64,000 bases of DNA from a virus (Duplodnaviria > Caudoviricetes), in the IMG/VR virus record IMGVR_UViG_3300011871_000002, positions 128,001 to 192,000 of that record. One strand, given 5' to 3'. The notes beneath the pieces are model-generated. The model was not told the DNA's origin and did not search any database. It worked only from the letters and a program-made list of their open reading frames with translations. Positions 19,604-29,153 of this stretch are shown piece by piece. The first letter of the stretch is position 1. The number at the start of each line of letters is the position of its first letter. The translations under genes and the position numbers were made by a program.

Positions 19604-22600
19604 ATGGCAATCCCAACAATTGTTGAAGGCTTGAATATCATCGAAGTGGGCCTCGGCCACCACTTCGCCACCGTGGCAGAATACGCCGCTTGGTTGAAAG
19701 ACAAAGACCTCGTCACCCTAAAGGCGAAACTGCTCGTTCATCTGTTCGGCGACGACAACCCGCGCGGCTTGATCCAGCCGCTTAACTCCAGTACAGAGTA
19801 CAACATCGAGTATGCCCCCGGTCCTGGCATGGGCTACCGTGACTTGGCGACGGCAGGTCTTTACGACTACCCGAACGCTGGCGTCGAGTGGCGCATCTAC
19901 GCCAGTAACCCCGAATTTAACGTCGGCGTGAAAATTCGCGGGATGAGAATTCGCTTTCCGGCGGGCAGCCAGACGGCTTACGTCAACATGGGTTACTCGA
20001 AGGGCGATAAGGCCGCGCGCACCACGTTTGTGGACAACCGGATCATGGTGGAGCGCAATACGCTGTCTGCCACCCGTGCGTTCATCTTCGGCCAGAGTTT
20101 TACGTCGATGGACATTCTGAACAACGTGTTCATCAGTATCCATCCTGGCATCATGTTGTCGACCAACGACAACGCGGGTAACGTGCTCGGTAATACCTTC
20201 GTCGCGCGCGACGCTGCCGTTGGCAATCTCTACATGTCCATCGGTAGCTACGGTGGTGCGGGTTTGACCCAGAACAACGCGTTCTACAACTGCGGCCCCA
20301 ATCCGATTCGTTTTTCAACGGACGGGCAATCGCGCCACAACCAAGGTAACTTCCTCAACAACTACACCAACAACGAACTCGATCCGGCGCTGGTGACGGC
20401 AAAGATCGGTCTGATCGTCGACACGGTCAAGCCCTTCTTCCTGGACCCGCTCAGCGATCTGCGGCCAGCGAAAGACGGCGCGCTCTATGGCATGGGTAAC
20501 GATCTGATGCGATCGACCATGGATGCCGCAGGCAGTAACCGTGGTTTCGATCCCGACGTTGGCGCATTCCAGCTCGAACCAGCGTCGAACCTGCCCGTCG
20601 TCGAAGTCACGACCCAAGACCTCCAGGGGCAGATTCTGAAAGTGCAGGCGTCGCTGCTCAATGGCGTTACGCGCGCGACTTTCACCTTGCCACCCGATGT
20701 GAACGATGCTCGCGGCGCTTCGCAACTGGGGCCGTTCGAAATGGCCATCACTGGCGAAGTCGGGGATATCGAGATCACCGTGCCAGTGGGTCAATACGGT
20801 CCAGGTGTGGTGGAAGCTCACAATGCTGGAGGGAAGAAACAGGCTCTTACGCCAAGAGGGACGACTGTGCAGCCCATCAGCGTCTCCGCCTATTTGGCTG
20901 ACCATATCGGGATCGCCAACTCGGTGCTGGCCCGTGGTCGTCCTGTGCTGCCGGTCTTTGTCGGCAATGGTCAGGTACCTGATACCAAGCCACCCAAAGT
21001 GCAGCTCAGTGTCAATAGCCAGAGTTTCATCGCCAAAGGCGCGCTGACCCTGACCGCAGCGGCATCGGACAACCGCGCCGTTACGAAGGTCGAGTTCTAC
21101 CGCGGTGCAGAACTCATCCATACGACGACGCAGGCACCGTACGTGCATAACGTGAATTTGACGAACGCTGATAACGGCGAACACGAGTTCTCGGCCCGCG
21201 CCTACGACGCCGCAGGAAACGTCGCCACCACGGCTGTTTCAAAGCGTGTCAAGGTGCGTATCCCGCCGGATGGTTCGCCTGTGCCAACCATCGTGGCAAT
21301 GCGGGTTGTCGCGCCAGCTGCCACCAGCCCGCGCCCGTATGTGGAAGTGGAATTCTCCACCGCCATGGACAAGGACGACGAGTTCGATTTCCCTGGCCAA
21401 GCATTTATCAGTGCCGGCCCCCACTTCCACATCGTCGGCACGGAGTGGGTGAAAAACAGTGATCGGAAACTGAGCCTGATTTTCGAAGAGTACTCGTACC
21501 CTCTCAAGGATTCGACACTCTCGGTTTCCTATACCAAGACCGTCAATGGTGGCTGGCGTAGCGCTGAAGGCGTGCTGGTGGAAAGCTTCTCCGAATATCC
21601 TGTCGAGACGGCGACGTCGGACCACCATACGGCTACCTACTCGCAAACTGCTGACGGCAAGGTACCCGGTACCCCGCTGGCAGGAACGACCTGGGATGTG
21701 GGTGGTGTGGTGTGGCTTCCGAATAGCCATTTTGTTGTGGGTAACGAAGGCGACTTCGTGCCGAGCGACGCTACCACTGGTCCTCGCATCAACGGCGGTA
21801 TCTACCAGCGTGGCAATTTCGAAAGTAAGCAGTGGGCGGGGGTGAGCATCTGGTATGCGCAGTCGTCGTTTGATGTGTCCTTCGTCAAGCGCACGCTGGA
21901 AGACTCGCCGTACGGCATGTTCCTGCTGGGTAAAGATACTACCGATACCGACTTCGGTCCTACCGGTGTGAAAGTTGAGGTCAACAATGCCGGCACGCTT
22001 ACGTTCGAACAAGCATCAAGCACCGTCGTGCCGGGCGTGTACGATCCGATTCCAGGCACTGCTCTGGAAGTAGGAAAAGAGTACACCCTCTCGGTGTGTC
22101 GTCACCTGAGTGGTACGGGTAACTCGTTCGCGGTGCAGTTCGGTGAGTCGGTCAATGGTGAAATCACGAATGTGATGCACTCTTACCACTTCCAACTGAA
22201 CGCAGCACCCGTCGCCTTCGATTACAAGTACAACAAGGTGTACACCATCAATGCGGCCGGTCCGTACGCCAAAGCTGTTCGTGTGGGTGGTAAATCGCGC
22301 AGGACGGATGCCAAGAAAATGGTGTATCCGAAACTCGAAGTGACCGATGCGGCAGAAACCGCAATCGTCCAAGGTGTGACCGCCAGTGGCACTGGCCCCA
22401 TCACCTACACAGGCACGGGGCAGGCTTTGACGGCTGTGCCGGGCATTGTGCTGAAGAAGATGTTCGCCAACAACGTCTTGTCGACCAAGCGCAATGACAA
22501 CGGCATCGCCGCTACCCTCGGCGCTACGGTCGAGAATATCTATCTGGGGATTGCCGTGTCGGGCGTGAAGGACACGGTCGATGCTATCCGGCCAGTGGAG

Positions 22601-22885
22601 AAGATGCTGATGGCGCTGCGCGCAACCAGTATCGGTGGAAAGTACGAAGTGTACGTGGCTGCGCGTCGCCGCACGACGATCAAGTCGATGTCGGTGGAAG
22701 CGGGCGACCAAGTACGGGTCCGCACCGTGGGTGAGGACATCATGTTCGAAGTCAAGAAGGCGGCCGGTGATTGGGTCATCCTCTATCGCCAAACCATGGC
22801 ACTGGGTGGCCGGGCGGACAACTATCTGGTGGGTCAAATCCTGATCCCGATGGGTTCGGTCGTCACTGACGTACGCCAGAAGTAA
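19604..22885 (+). CDS. Receptor-binding/tailspike-like protein with a beta-helix and Ig-like domains
   Basis: 1093 aa; Asn-rich beta-helix repeats (ILNNVF, VLGNTF, TQNNAF), a PDVGAFQ cap and the Ig motif DTKPPKV..TLTAAASDNRAVTKVEFY. Confidence 0.7.
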   Translation: MAIPTIVEGLNIIEVGLGHHFATVAEYAAWLKDKDLVTLKAKLLVHLFGDDNPRGLIQPLNSSTEYNIEYAPGPGMGYRDLATAGLYDYPNAGVEWRIYASNPEFNVGVKIRGMRIRFPAGSQTAYVNMGYSKGDKAARTTFVDNRIMVERNTLSATRAFIFGQSFTSMDILNNVFISIHPGIMLSTNDNAGNVLGNTFVARDAAVGNLYMSIGSYGGAGLTQNNAFYNCGPNPIRFSTDGQSRHNQGNFLNNYTNNELDPALVTAKIGLIVDTVKPFFLDPLSDLRPAKDGALYGMGNDLMRSTMDAAGSNRGFDPDVGAFQLEPASNLPVVEVTTQDLQGQILKVQASLLNGVTRATFTLPPDVNDARGASQLGPFEMAITGEVGDIEITVPVGQYGPGVVEAHNAGGKKQALTPRGTTVQPISVSAYLADHIGIANSVLARGRPVLPVFVGNGQVPDTKPPKVQLSVNSQSFIAKGALTLTAAASDNRAVTKVEFYRGAELIHTTTQAPYVHNVNLTNADNGEHEFSARAYDAAGNVATTAVSKRVKVRIPPDGSPVPTIVAMRVVAPAATSPRPYVEVEFSTAMDKDDEFDFPGQAFISAGPHFHIVGTEWVKNSDRKLSLIFEEYSYPLKDSTLSVSYTKTVNGGWRSAEGVLVESFSEYPVETATSDHHTATYSQTADGKVPGTPLAGTTWDVGGVVWLPNSHFVVGNEGDFVPSDATTGPRINGGIYQRGNFESKQWAGVSIWYAQSSFDVSFVKRTLEDSPYGMFLLGKDTTDTDFGPTGVKVEVNNAGTLTFEQASSTVVPGVYDPIPGTALEVGKEYTLSVCRHLSGTGNSFAVQFGESVNGEITNVMHSYHFQLNAAPVAFDYKYNKVYTINAAGPYAKAVRVGGKSRRTDAKKMVYPKLEVTDAAETAIVQGVTASGTGPITYTGTGQALTAVPGIVLKKMFANNVLSTKRNDNGIAATLGATVENIYLGIAVSGVKDTVDAIRPVEKMLMALRATSIGGKYEVYVAARRRTTIKSMSVEAGDQVRVRTVGEDIMFEVKKAAGDWVILYRQTMALGGRADNYLVGQILIPMGSVVTDVRQK

Positions 22886-22954
22886 GACGCCAGGGTGTTG
22901 TTAGATCGCTACTAACCCACCCGCGTGTTTCCTAGGAGTGAAAGAATTCATGGT

Positions 22955-22964
22955 CACATATTCT
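22955..22964 (+). promoter_or_regulatory. Putative early promoter motif variant
   Basis: CACATATTCT in the intergenic region upstream of 23100. Confidence 0.35.
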
Positions 22965-23099
22965 CCTAGTAGCGAATGGCAGTATGCATTCGTTGTTTAG
23001 TATCAGAGTGTAAATTTTAACAGACATTCTGTTATCTTGTGGAAGTATTGACAGTCCTGTCGGTACTTCATTTACCTTAACCAAAATAGGGAGCTACAA

Positions 23100-23549
23100 A
23101 TGGTGAAAAGCCGTTTCGAGCGACTGGCAATGCTGGCGTTTTGTGCCGCTATCTTCGCCCTGTCGCTGTTCAATCCATCGCCGCCCGGCACGGGCTTCGA
23201 CCAGAGCGCAAAAGCCACAACCGTCAAGACCTTCCAGCTCGGTTTCCTCGGCACCGTCGCCGACGCCGAAACCTCGGCCATCGCCACGGCACCGGCGTCC
23301 GCCGACCTGCACGAACGATTGCGGTCGGTCATCAACGAGCAAGCCCATGTGATCGCCTTCACCAGTACCGCGACCGACCTGATCGTCGACGGCGCGTCGA
23401 ACCCCGCAACCTTCCACCGATTGCGTACCGACGCTGACTTGAGCTACGACATGACCGCTGCTGCCTCGATCGACAACGACCACGGCCTCGGCGCCGGCCA
23501 CCTGGGCGGGCGAAGTTCGCACCACACCCACGTAGACCTGCTGACCTGA
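23100..23549 (+). CDS. Hypothetical secreted or membrane-anchored protein
   Basis: 149 aa, GGGAG RBS; basic plus hydrophobic N-terminus (KSRFERLAMLAFCAAIFALSLF); host-like codons. Confidence 0.65.
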   Translation: MVKSRFERLAMLAFCAAIFALSLFNPSPPGTGFDQSAKATTVKTFQLGFLGTVADAETSAIATAPASADLHERLRSVINEQAHVIAFTSTATDLIVDGASNPATFHRLRTDADLSYDMTAAASIDNDHGLGAGHLGGRSSHHTHVDLLT

Positions 23550-23861
23550 TCGCCGACCGGCCGGCCGGCGGGGGCTCAAAAGCGCCCCGCCCGCATGGCC
23601 CACCGTTACCCGCAAGAGTCGGGTGACACAACTTGAAGCGCGCTCTCCGAGCCAAGAGTGCGGCGGTTACCGCGCTTCAATTTCTCCAACCAAATCCCAG
23701 CGCCTGGAGACGCTTAACCCATCAGTCGCTCGCGCCGTGCAACAAAGGGCTGCGATCGGCGTCTAACCTGATAAAGATGGAATCGGTGTGCCGGCCTCAC
23801 CCGGCACACCGGTTACCTAGTCACCTACCTTAATAAAGCCGGGGCATTGCCCCGGCTTTAT
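23550..23861 (+). ncRNA. Putative structured RNA or long 3' UTR ending in a terminator
   Basis: Non-coding GC-rich stretch with several stems (TTGAAGCGCG/CGCGCTTCAA, CGGTGTGCCGG/CCGGCACACCG, GTTACCCG/CGGGTGAC), then a hairpin at 23833-23861. Confidence 0.4.
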
Positions 23862-23928
23862 GCCCTCCTGGTAAATGAACGTTATCCTATGTCAGATTTC
23901 CTCCCGCGTTTTTCGCATAGGTGCCACC

Positions 23929-24468
23929 ATGTTCGTTTCCGATTTCACCAAACCTCCCGAAGAAGTGGTAATTGACCTCATCAACTTCGATAACGGGACT
24001 GCATTTACTCCGGCCACCCTTTCGATGGCAGGTTCTCCTGTGGCTATTCCCAAAGCCCCTCCTGCGTTTCGTAACACGGAGATTCGTGTCACGCCCAGTT
24101 CGCTCACGCGCAAAGTAGGAACAGCACGGGTGTACTACAATCGCATTAACCTAGCGGACGTGCCGGGATTTTTGCGTAGCACTATCTTTGACTTGAATCC
24201 TCAAGCCAAACGTATTCGCGATGTGATTCCGTTCATCAATGAACGTTACCGCATCAACTTGACGCCGCTTGATTATGTGGATGCTGATTTACCGCAGATA
24301 ACAGCGGTCCCACAGTCGGTGACGATCCAGGTCACACCTGAAGCACTGGTGTACATCGGTTCGCTCGACATCCAGGTCAAACTGGACCCAGGGCAAGGCA
24401 TTCCGATCGGGACGGTCACTGCGAACCGGTATCTGGATATCTTCCGCTTTGTGCCGCACACGGCATAA
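23929..24468 (+). CDS. Tail-fibre-associated structural protein (paralogue of 12954-13463)
   Basis: Start at ATG 23929; DFTKPPEEVVIDLINFDN...RNTEIRV...VYYNRINL...FINERYRINL. Confidence 0.65.
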   Translation: MFVSDFTKPPEEVVIDLINFDNGTAFTPATLSMAGSPVAIPKAPPAFRNTEIRVTPSSLTRKVGTARVYYNRINLADVPGFLRSTIFDLNPQAKRIRDVIPFINERYRINLTPLDYVDADLPQITAVPQSVTIQVTPEALVYIGSLDIQVKLDPGQGIPIGTVTANRYLDIFRFVPHTA

Positions 24469-24502
24469 AAAAAGGCAGAGGAAACTCTGCCTTTTATGCC
24501 GG
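24461..24502. terminator. Bidirectional terminator with extended GGCATAAAA/TTTTATGCC arms
   Basis: CGGCATAAAAAAAGGCAGAG-GAAA-CTCTGCCTTTTATGCCG. Confidence 0.8.
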
Positions 24503-24570
24503 ATGGTGGAAAATACTTTACACAGTTATCTCATGTTAGTGGGATAAGCCGCATTATCAAGGAGCTGAAT

Positions 24571-24921
24571 ATGGGTGACATTGTGGGTATCGGTAATCAG
24601 TTGTGGCAATGGTTTCAGCGTAAGCGACCACCCGTGAAAGTGCTAAAAAGCGAAGAATACACCTATCACTGGGAATACGACTCAGCCCGGCTCTGGGGTG
24701 CTCATGCCATTGTTGTATGTGAGCGTGAGTTATGGAGCACAGTTACGCACTCCGAGTTCATGCTGAAGGTCAATCACCCTAAGCGCTTGCGGCGCAGCAG
24801 TGAGTACCAAGAAGCAAGTCTGGAAGTGCTATTGGAGTATTACGAAAAACAAGGCCTGCGTGTTGTATCGCTTACCGTTATTGGGGAAGACGGTGAGCAA
24901 GAGTTTTTCCCCCTAGCGTAG
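24571..24921 (+). CDS. Hypothetical protein
   Basis: AAGGAG RBS before ATG 24571. Confidence 0.55.
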   Translation: MGDIVGIGNQLWQWFQRKRPPVKVLKSEEYTYHWEYDSARLWGAHAIVVCERELWSTVTHSEFMLKVNHPKRLRRSSEYQEASLEVLLEYYEKQGLRVVSLTVIGEDGEQEFFPLA

Positions 24922-24957
24922 TTTAACAAACATAACCAAGAAAGAAGGAGAAATACC

Positions 24958-25506
24958 ATGTTTCCATTTCACCGCAACAAGAAGCTGGCTCTGGAAATCC
25001 TGTTCCACACCGCGTCGAACGATCATCCCGAACACGGCACCATCGTGGCCAGCCACAAGGGCTTCGGCCTGAACAACGCCACGGTGCGCTTCTCGATCGT
25101 CGGTGCCGATAGTGTGTTGCACCTCGACCGCGCCCTGTTCAACCACATCCTCGACGAGGCCGAAAAGGCCGGCTTCGTGGTACAGCGTCTGCGTTCGTTC
25201 GTGGGCGTCGCGAACACGCCAGTACGTACCCAGGTGTCGTCGCAACAGGTACGCGAGCATGTCCGCAGCACCCCGAACCACCAGGCCCTGTGTCGCCACT
25301 ACGAGGAACAACGCGTGACTAATAACCAGTTCGTACCGGCGCCCAAGGCAACCGTGCTCGACATGTCCGGCCTGGTGGTAGCGTCCGACCGCTACCACCC
25401 ACTACATCCGGCACATCCCGACCACAAGGCCGAGACATCGGTCCATCCGGCATACCCGAGTAAAGGTATGCCGTACGACCAGTTCAAAACCTCGGCTCCG
25501 CGTTAA
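24958..25506 (+). CDS. Hypothetical protein
   Basis: 182 aa, AAGGAG RBS. Confidence 0.65.
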   Translation: MFPFHRNKKLALEILFHTASNDHPEHGTIVASHKGFGLNNATVRFSIVGADSVLHLDRALFNHILDEAEKAGFVVQRLRSFVGVANTPVRTQVSSQQVREHVRSTPNHQALCRHYEEQRVTNNQFVPAPKATVLDMSGLVVASDRYHPLHPAHPDHKAETSVHPAYPSKGMPYDQFKTSAPR

Positions 25507-25509
25507 ACC

Positions 25510-25857
25510 ATGGGTACCAAACTATGGAAAGGCTTCTGTGTGTTCATGGCAGAAGTTTGTGCGTTCCTCCTGCACGTGGCTGAAAAGGACGTGACGGTGG
25601 GATTGTGCGTCAACATGGACCCGCGCAAAGCACACGGCGTTGCTTCTTTTGTTGCGCCCTATGGCTGGGAGTGCGTGCCGTTTGTGGTGGACCGGCCAGA
25701 TAACCTCGTCAAGCCAACCAAGGCGGTGGTCAAATCGATCTTCGCGCAATTAGCAAGGCTGGGTTACCCGGTGACCGAGATCGAAATCAAGGTCGGCAAA
25801 GAAGTGCGCGTCTACAACCACGCCCGTACCGCGCCACTCGTGGTGCAAGCCATCTAG
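25510..25857 (+). CDS. Hypothetical protein
   Basis: 115 aa, operon-like spacing. Confidence 0.55.
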   Translation: MGTKLWKGFCVFMAEVCAFLLHVAEKDVTVGLCVNMDPRKAHGVASFVAPYGWECVPFVVDRPDNLVKPTKAVVKSIFAQLARLGYPVTEIEIKVGKEVRVYNHARTAPLVVQAI

Positions 25858-25868
25858 AAGGAGGTAGT

Positions 25869-26309
25869 ATGGATTCTGTTGAGAGGAAAACCAACGCACA
25901 ATGCGCTGCGGAATGGCGGGCGAAAGGACATACCGAACAACCCAAGTATCTCGGCGAAACCCCTGTCGACACGGCGACCCATCCTGAATTCAAGGACAAG
26001 ACCGCAGTTGACTGGGCGATCGACTTCGCAGTTGATGGCTTGCTGACGGATGGCGCGCACCATAAACACTCGGCACTCGTGCAGGTGGTACAAGTACTGA
26101 CGGGAACGCCGGTACACGTCACGGAGGCCAAGTGGGAAGATGGTCAACATGAATTCCGTGAAGTCATGGGTGAGCCGTCTCAGGAGTATCGTAGCTTGCT
26201 TGACGAACTGAAGAAGCAAGACTGCTGGGTGGAGGGTGCATTCCTCTACCAGCGTGTCCCTGAACTCAGGCAAGATCCGAAAGGCTACGACGAATTCGAC
26301 GACGACTAA
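25869..26309 (+). CDS. Conserved phage hypothetical protein (DGAHHK motif)
   Basis: 146 aa, AGGAGG RBS. Confidence 0.65.
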   Translation: MDSVERKTNAQCAAEWRAKGHTEQPKYLGETPVDTATHPEFKDKTAVDWAIDFAVDGLLTDGAHHKHSALVQVVQVLTGTPVHVTEAKWEDGQHEFREVMGEPSQEYRSLLDELKKQDCWVEGAFLYQRVPELRQDPKGYDEFDDD

Positions 26310-26380
26310 GTCGCTGTACTAAGAAAGATACCCGGTAACGCGGGTATCTTTTTTCTTTGTTCAAATCTAGGAAAAATAAC

Positions 26381-27640
26381 ATGTTTGAGACCCTTGGCCT
26401 GTACATGGCCACCTATTCGAAAGCTGTAGCAACCAACCCCATCCTTGCAGGGTTTGCGCTCTGGGGCACGGCTGTTTTGTCTTACCTGCTCAAGAACTTA
26501 CCGCGCGCAATCTGGAACTCCCTGTCGCGTTCCATGACTACCACGGTGGAAATGAACAATGCCGGTTACAGCGGCAATGAATTTCACTTCACGATGTTCC
26601 TGATGTGGTTTATGAAGTCGCCGTGGGCTAAATGGAGCCGCACCATCTATACTGGCCGTGGCTTTACAGGAAACGGTGGAGATTCGACAGTGGTGGGTCC
26701 TGGCATGGGGCGCCACTTCTTCTTTCACAAAGGGCGTCTCTTCTGGTTCAAGAAGTCCCAGATGGAATCTGCTGGAAGCGAGCGCAGCAAAGAAAGTATC
26801 TCGATCACCACGTTCGGGCGCAGTCACAAAGCCATGCTAGACTTGATCAAGGACTTCGAATACAAGCCGAGCAACAATAACGTGGCGGTCTACGAGTACC
26901 ATTCCGGTAACGGTTGGTCCAGTGTGACTGACATCGTAAAGTCTCCCCTCGAATCCATGTTCATCGAGCCAGAGATTCTCGACAAGCTGATTAAATCGCA
27001 CGACCAGTTTGTGCACGAGAAAGAGTGGTACCTCAACCACGGCATGGCGTACAAGATCGCCACGCTCCTCTTCGGGCCACCGGGTACGGGTAAAACCAGC
27101 ATCGTCAAGACACTTGCCAGTTACTACAACCGTAACGTGTGCCTACTCGACTTGAGCGAGATGAGCAATAAGTCGCTCCAGCGTGCACTGGCGACGTTGC
27201 CACCGAATTCAGCGGTTCTGATGGAAGACGTCGATGCGGCCACCGATGCCGTGGAAAGCCGTGAAGAGAAGAAAGCCACTGGCGGCATCAATCTATCGGA
27301 AGTCACGAGCCAGCTGACGCTGGCGGGCTTACTGAATGCGTTAGACGGCATCATCCCACTAAACGACGTGATGGTGTTTCTGACGACGAACAAACCCGAG
27401 AAGCTCGACCCGGCGTTGACTCGCAAAGCACGGGTGGACTATTCGTTCGAGATCGGTTACATGCGTGATCCGCAGATTCATGCTTTCATGAACTACATGT
27501 ACAAGGACGCAGAGAAGTTCAAGCTCATCGAGTTCCCACCGGCGCCGCGCTGTGACGTGCAGGCGGCGTACAAAGAGAACTCGACGTCGGTAGAAGGCTT
27601 CATCAAACAACTGACTCCGCCCGTGAAGTTGGCGGCATAA
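26381..27640 (+). CDS. BCS1-like membrane-anchored AAA+ ATPase
   Basis: N-terminal TM; BCS1_N-like PGMGRHFFFHKGRLFWF; Walker A GPPGTGKT; Walker B LMEDVD; TLAGLLNALDG; TTNKPEKLDPALTR..RVD. Confidence 0.85.
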   Translation: MFETLGLYMATYSKAVATNPILAGFALWGTAVLSYLLKNLPRAIWNSLSRSMTTTVEMNNAGYSGNEFHFTMFLMWFMKSPWAKWSRTIYTGRGFTGNGGDSTVVGPGMGRHFFFHKGRLFWFKKSQMESAGSERSKESISITTFGRSHKAMLDLIKDFEYKPSNNNVAVYEYHSGNGWSSVTDIVKSPLESMFIEPEILDKLIKSHDQFVHEKEWYLNHGMAYKIATLLFGPPGTGKTSIVKTLASYYNRNVCLLDLSEMSNKSLQRALATLPPNSAVLMEDVDAATDAVESREEKKATGGINLSEVTSQLTLAGLLNALDGIIPLNDVMVFLTTNKPEKLDPALTRKARVDYSFEIGYMRDPQIHAFMNYMYKDAEKFKLIEFPPAPRCDVQAAYKENSTSVEGFIKQLTPPVKLAA

Positions 27641-27683
27641 AAAAAGACAGGGGGAGACCCCTGTCTATTAATTTTTTTGCAAT

Positions 27684-27693
27684 CACATATTAC
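27684..27693 (+). promoter_or_regulatory. Putative early (virion RNAP) promoter
   Basis: CACATATTAC after a T-tract; resembles the phiKZ early motif TATATTAC. Confidence 0.6.
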
Positions 27694-27724
27694 CGTTTGG
27701 TGTCCACTCTAGGAAACAAGAAAA

Positions 27725-28369
27725 ATGAAACTTAAACGAGGCGTTTTCATTACGCTAGAAGGACCAGACGCATGCGGTAAAACTACCCAGTGTGATCATC
27801 TAGTGCAGCTGTTGCAACAAAAAGGTTACACGGTCGTACGAAGTCGCGAGCCGGGCGGTACCCCATTGGCAGAAAAACTGCGTAGCTTAATCATTCACGA
27901 ATCGATGGACCCGCTCGCGGAACTGTTCTTGTTCTTCGCATGTCGGGCAGATAACGTCGAAAAGATCATCAAGCCAGCCATCGCGCGCGGCGAAGTGGTG
28001 GTGTTTGATCGGTTCGTGGATTCTTCGATCGTGTTTCAAGGCTATGGTCGCGGGCTGTTAGAGCAAGCGTATAAACTCAAGGAGTTGTTGTTCGAACGCA
28101 GCAAGATACGCATCGATCACACACTCTACTTCGATATCCCGATGGAGGAAAGTTTCCGTCGCTTGGCGCACCGGAGTGGTGAAGATCGGTTTGAAAAAGA
28201 AGTGGCCGATTTTAAAGCCCGCATTTTCCATGGATACCAGGAAGTCATGGATGAAGTGGAACACCGGGTTACTCGCATCGACGCTGGCGGCTCGATTGAC
28301 GAAGTAAAAGCACTTGTCGAAGAGTGGGTCGAGAAATTTGTCCAAGAACATCCATTGATGGAGAAGTGA
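27725..28369 (+). CDS. tmk: Thymidylate kinase
   Basis: FITLEGPDACGKTTQ, REPGGT, DRFVDSS..FQG..RG, DRFE. Confidence 0.95.
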   Translation: MKLKRGVFITLEGPDACGKTTQCDHLVQLLQQKGYTVVRSREPGGTPLAEKLRSLIIHESMDPLAELFLFFACRADNVEKIIKPAIARGEVVVFDRFVDSSIVFQGYGRGLLEQAYKLKELLFERSKIRIDHTLYFDIPMEESFRRLAHRSGEDRFEKEVADFKARIFHGYQEVMDEVEHRVTRIDAGGSIDEVKALVEEWVEKFVQEHPLMEK

Positions 28370-28753
28370 ATGGCTGAAGGAAAGAAAATCAAGGTAGGAC
28401 AATGTCGCGTCAAAAGAATGCGCGAAGGCGGAGGCACCTCCATGCCGTGGACGTGGCAGGAGTGTACGGTCTGCGGTGCGCATGAGGACGAAGAGTGTAA
28501 GCTCTCCGAAGATGCAGTAAGTCGAGAGATGACAAACCGTATTTGGACGGCAGAGACTACATGTAGATCCTATCCGGAAGTAGAATCTGATACGAGAATT
28601 TTCGTAAAGGAACTGTTACGTCAAGAACGCATCAAAACGGGGACGGATAGCGTTAAAGACACAAAAGAAAATCCTCTCATTTTGCTTATCGTTCTTTGCG
28701 CTTTCGTTGCCTTAGGCATTTTGGGTGGTGCTTATCTGTACTGTAAACGATAA
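28370..28753 (+). CDS. Hypothetical protein with Cys motif and C-terminal TM
   Basis: 127 aa; CTVCG; hydrophobic C-terminus. Confidence 0.55.
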   Translation: MAEGKKIKVGQCRVKRMREGGGTSMPWTWQECTVCGAHEDEECKLSEDAVSREMTNRIWTAETTCRSYPEVESDTRIFVKELLRQERIKTGTDSVKDTKENPLILLIVLCAFVALGILGGAYLYCKR

Positions 28754-28764
28754 GGAGAAATGTC

Positions 28765-29133
28765 GTGTTCGCAATTGGCATACGTTTTACGGGCTACAAT
28801 GTCAGTAGCATCGTGGAAGGCAAAAGCATGGCTCAATTTTCGGGCGGCTGTTTCTATCTGTCCGCTCGATTACCGCGCACAAACAAGAGCCCTTGCTGGG
28901 GCTTGACCCAGCACGGTGAAGAACCAACACTCTTCAAGGGGGTGGTGGAAGCCACCGAAATGCTTCAAGATGCATTGGCGTGCCTGACAAAGTACGAATC
29001 CCACGGGGAAGAACTCCGCGCGGCCTTGCAAGAAATTATTGAAGAGATTCCGCAAGGCGTGAATTACTGGACTTTGTTGGAAGTAGTGAAATTCCAACCT
29101 ATCGTTCTCGATACCTTCGAGTTTTCTTTGTAA
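28765..29133 (+). CDS. Hypothetical protein
   Basis: AAGGAG RBS, GTG start. Confidence 0.55.
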   Translation: MFAIGIRFTGYNVSSIVEGKSMAQFSGGCFYLSARLPRTNKSPCWGLTQHGEEPTLFKGVVEATEMLQDALACLTKYESHGEELRAALQEIIEEIPQGVNYWTLLEVVKFQPIVLDTFEFSL

Positions 29134-29153
29134 TCCATTATCATCTAGAAAGA

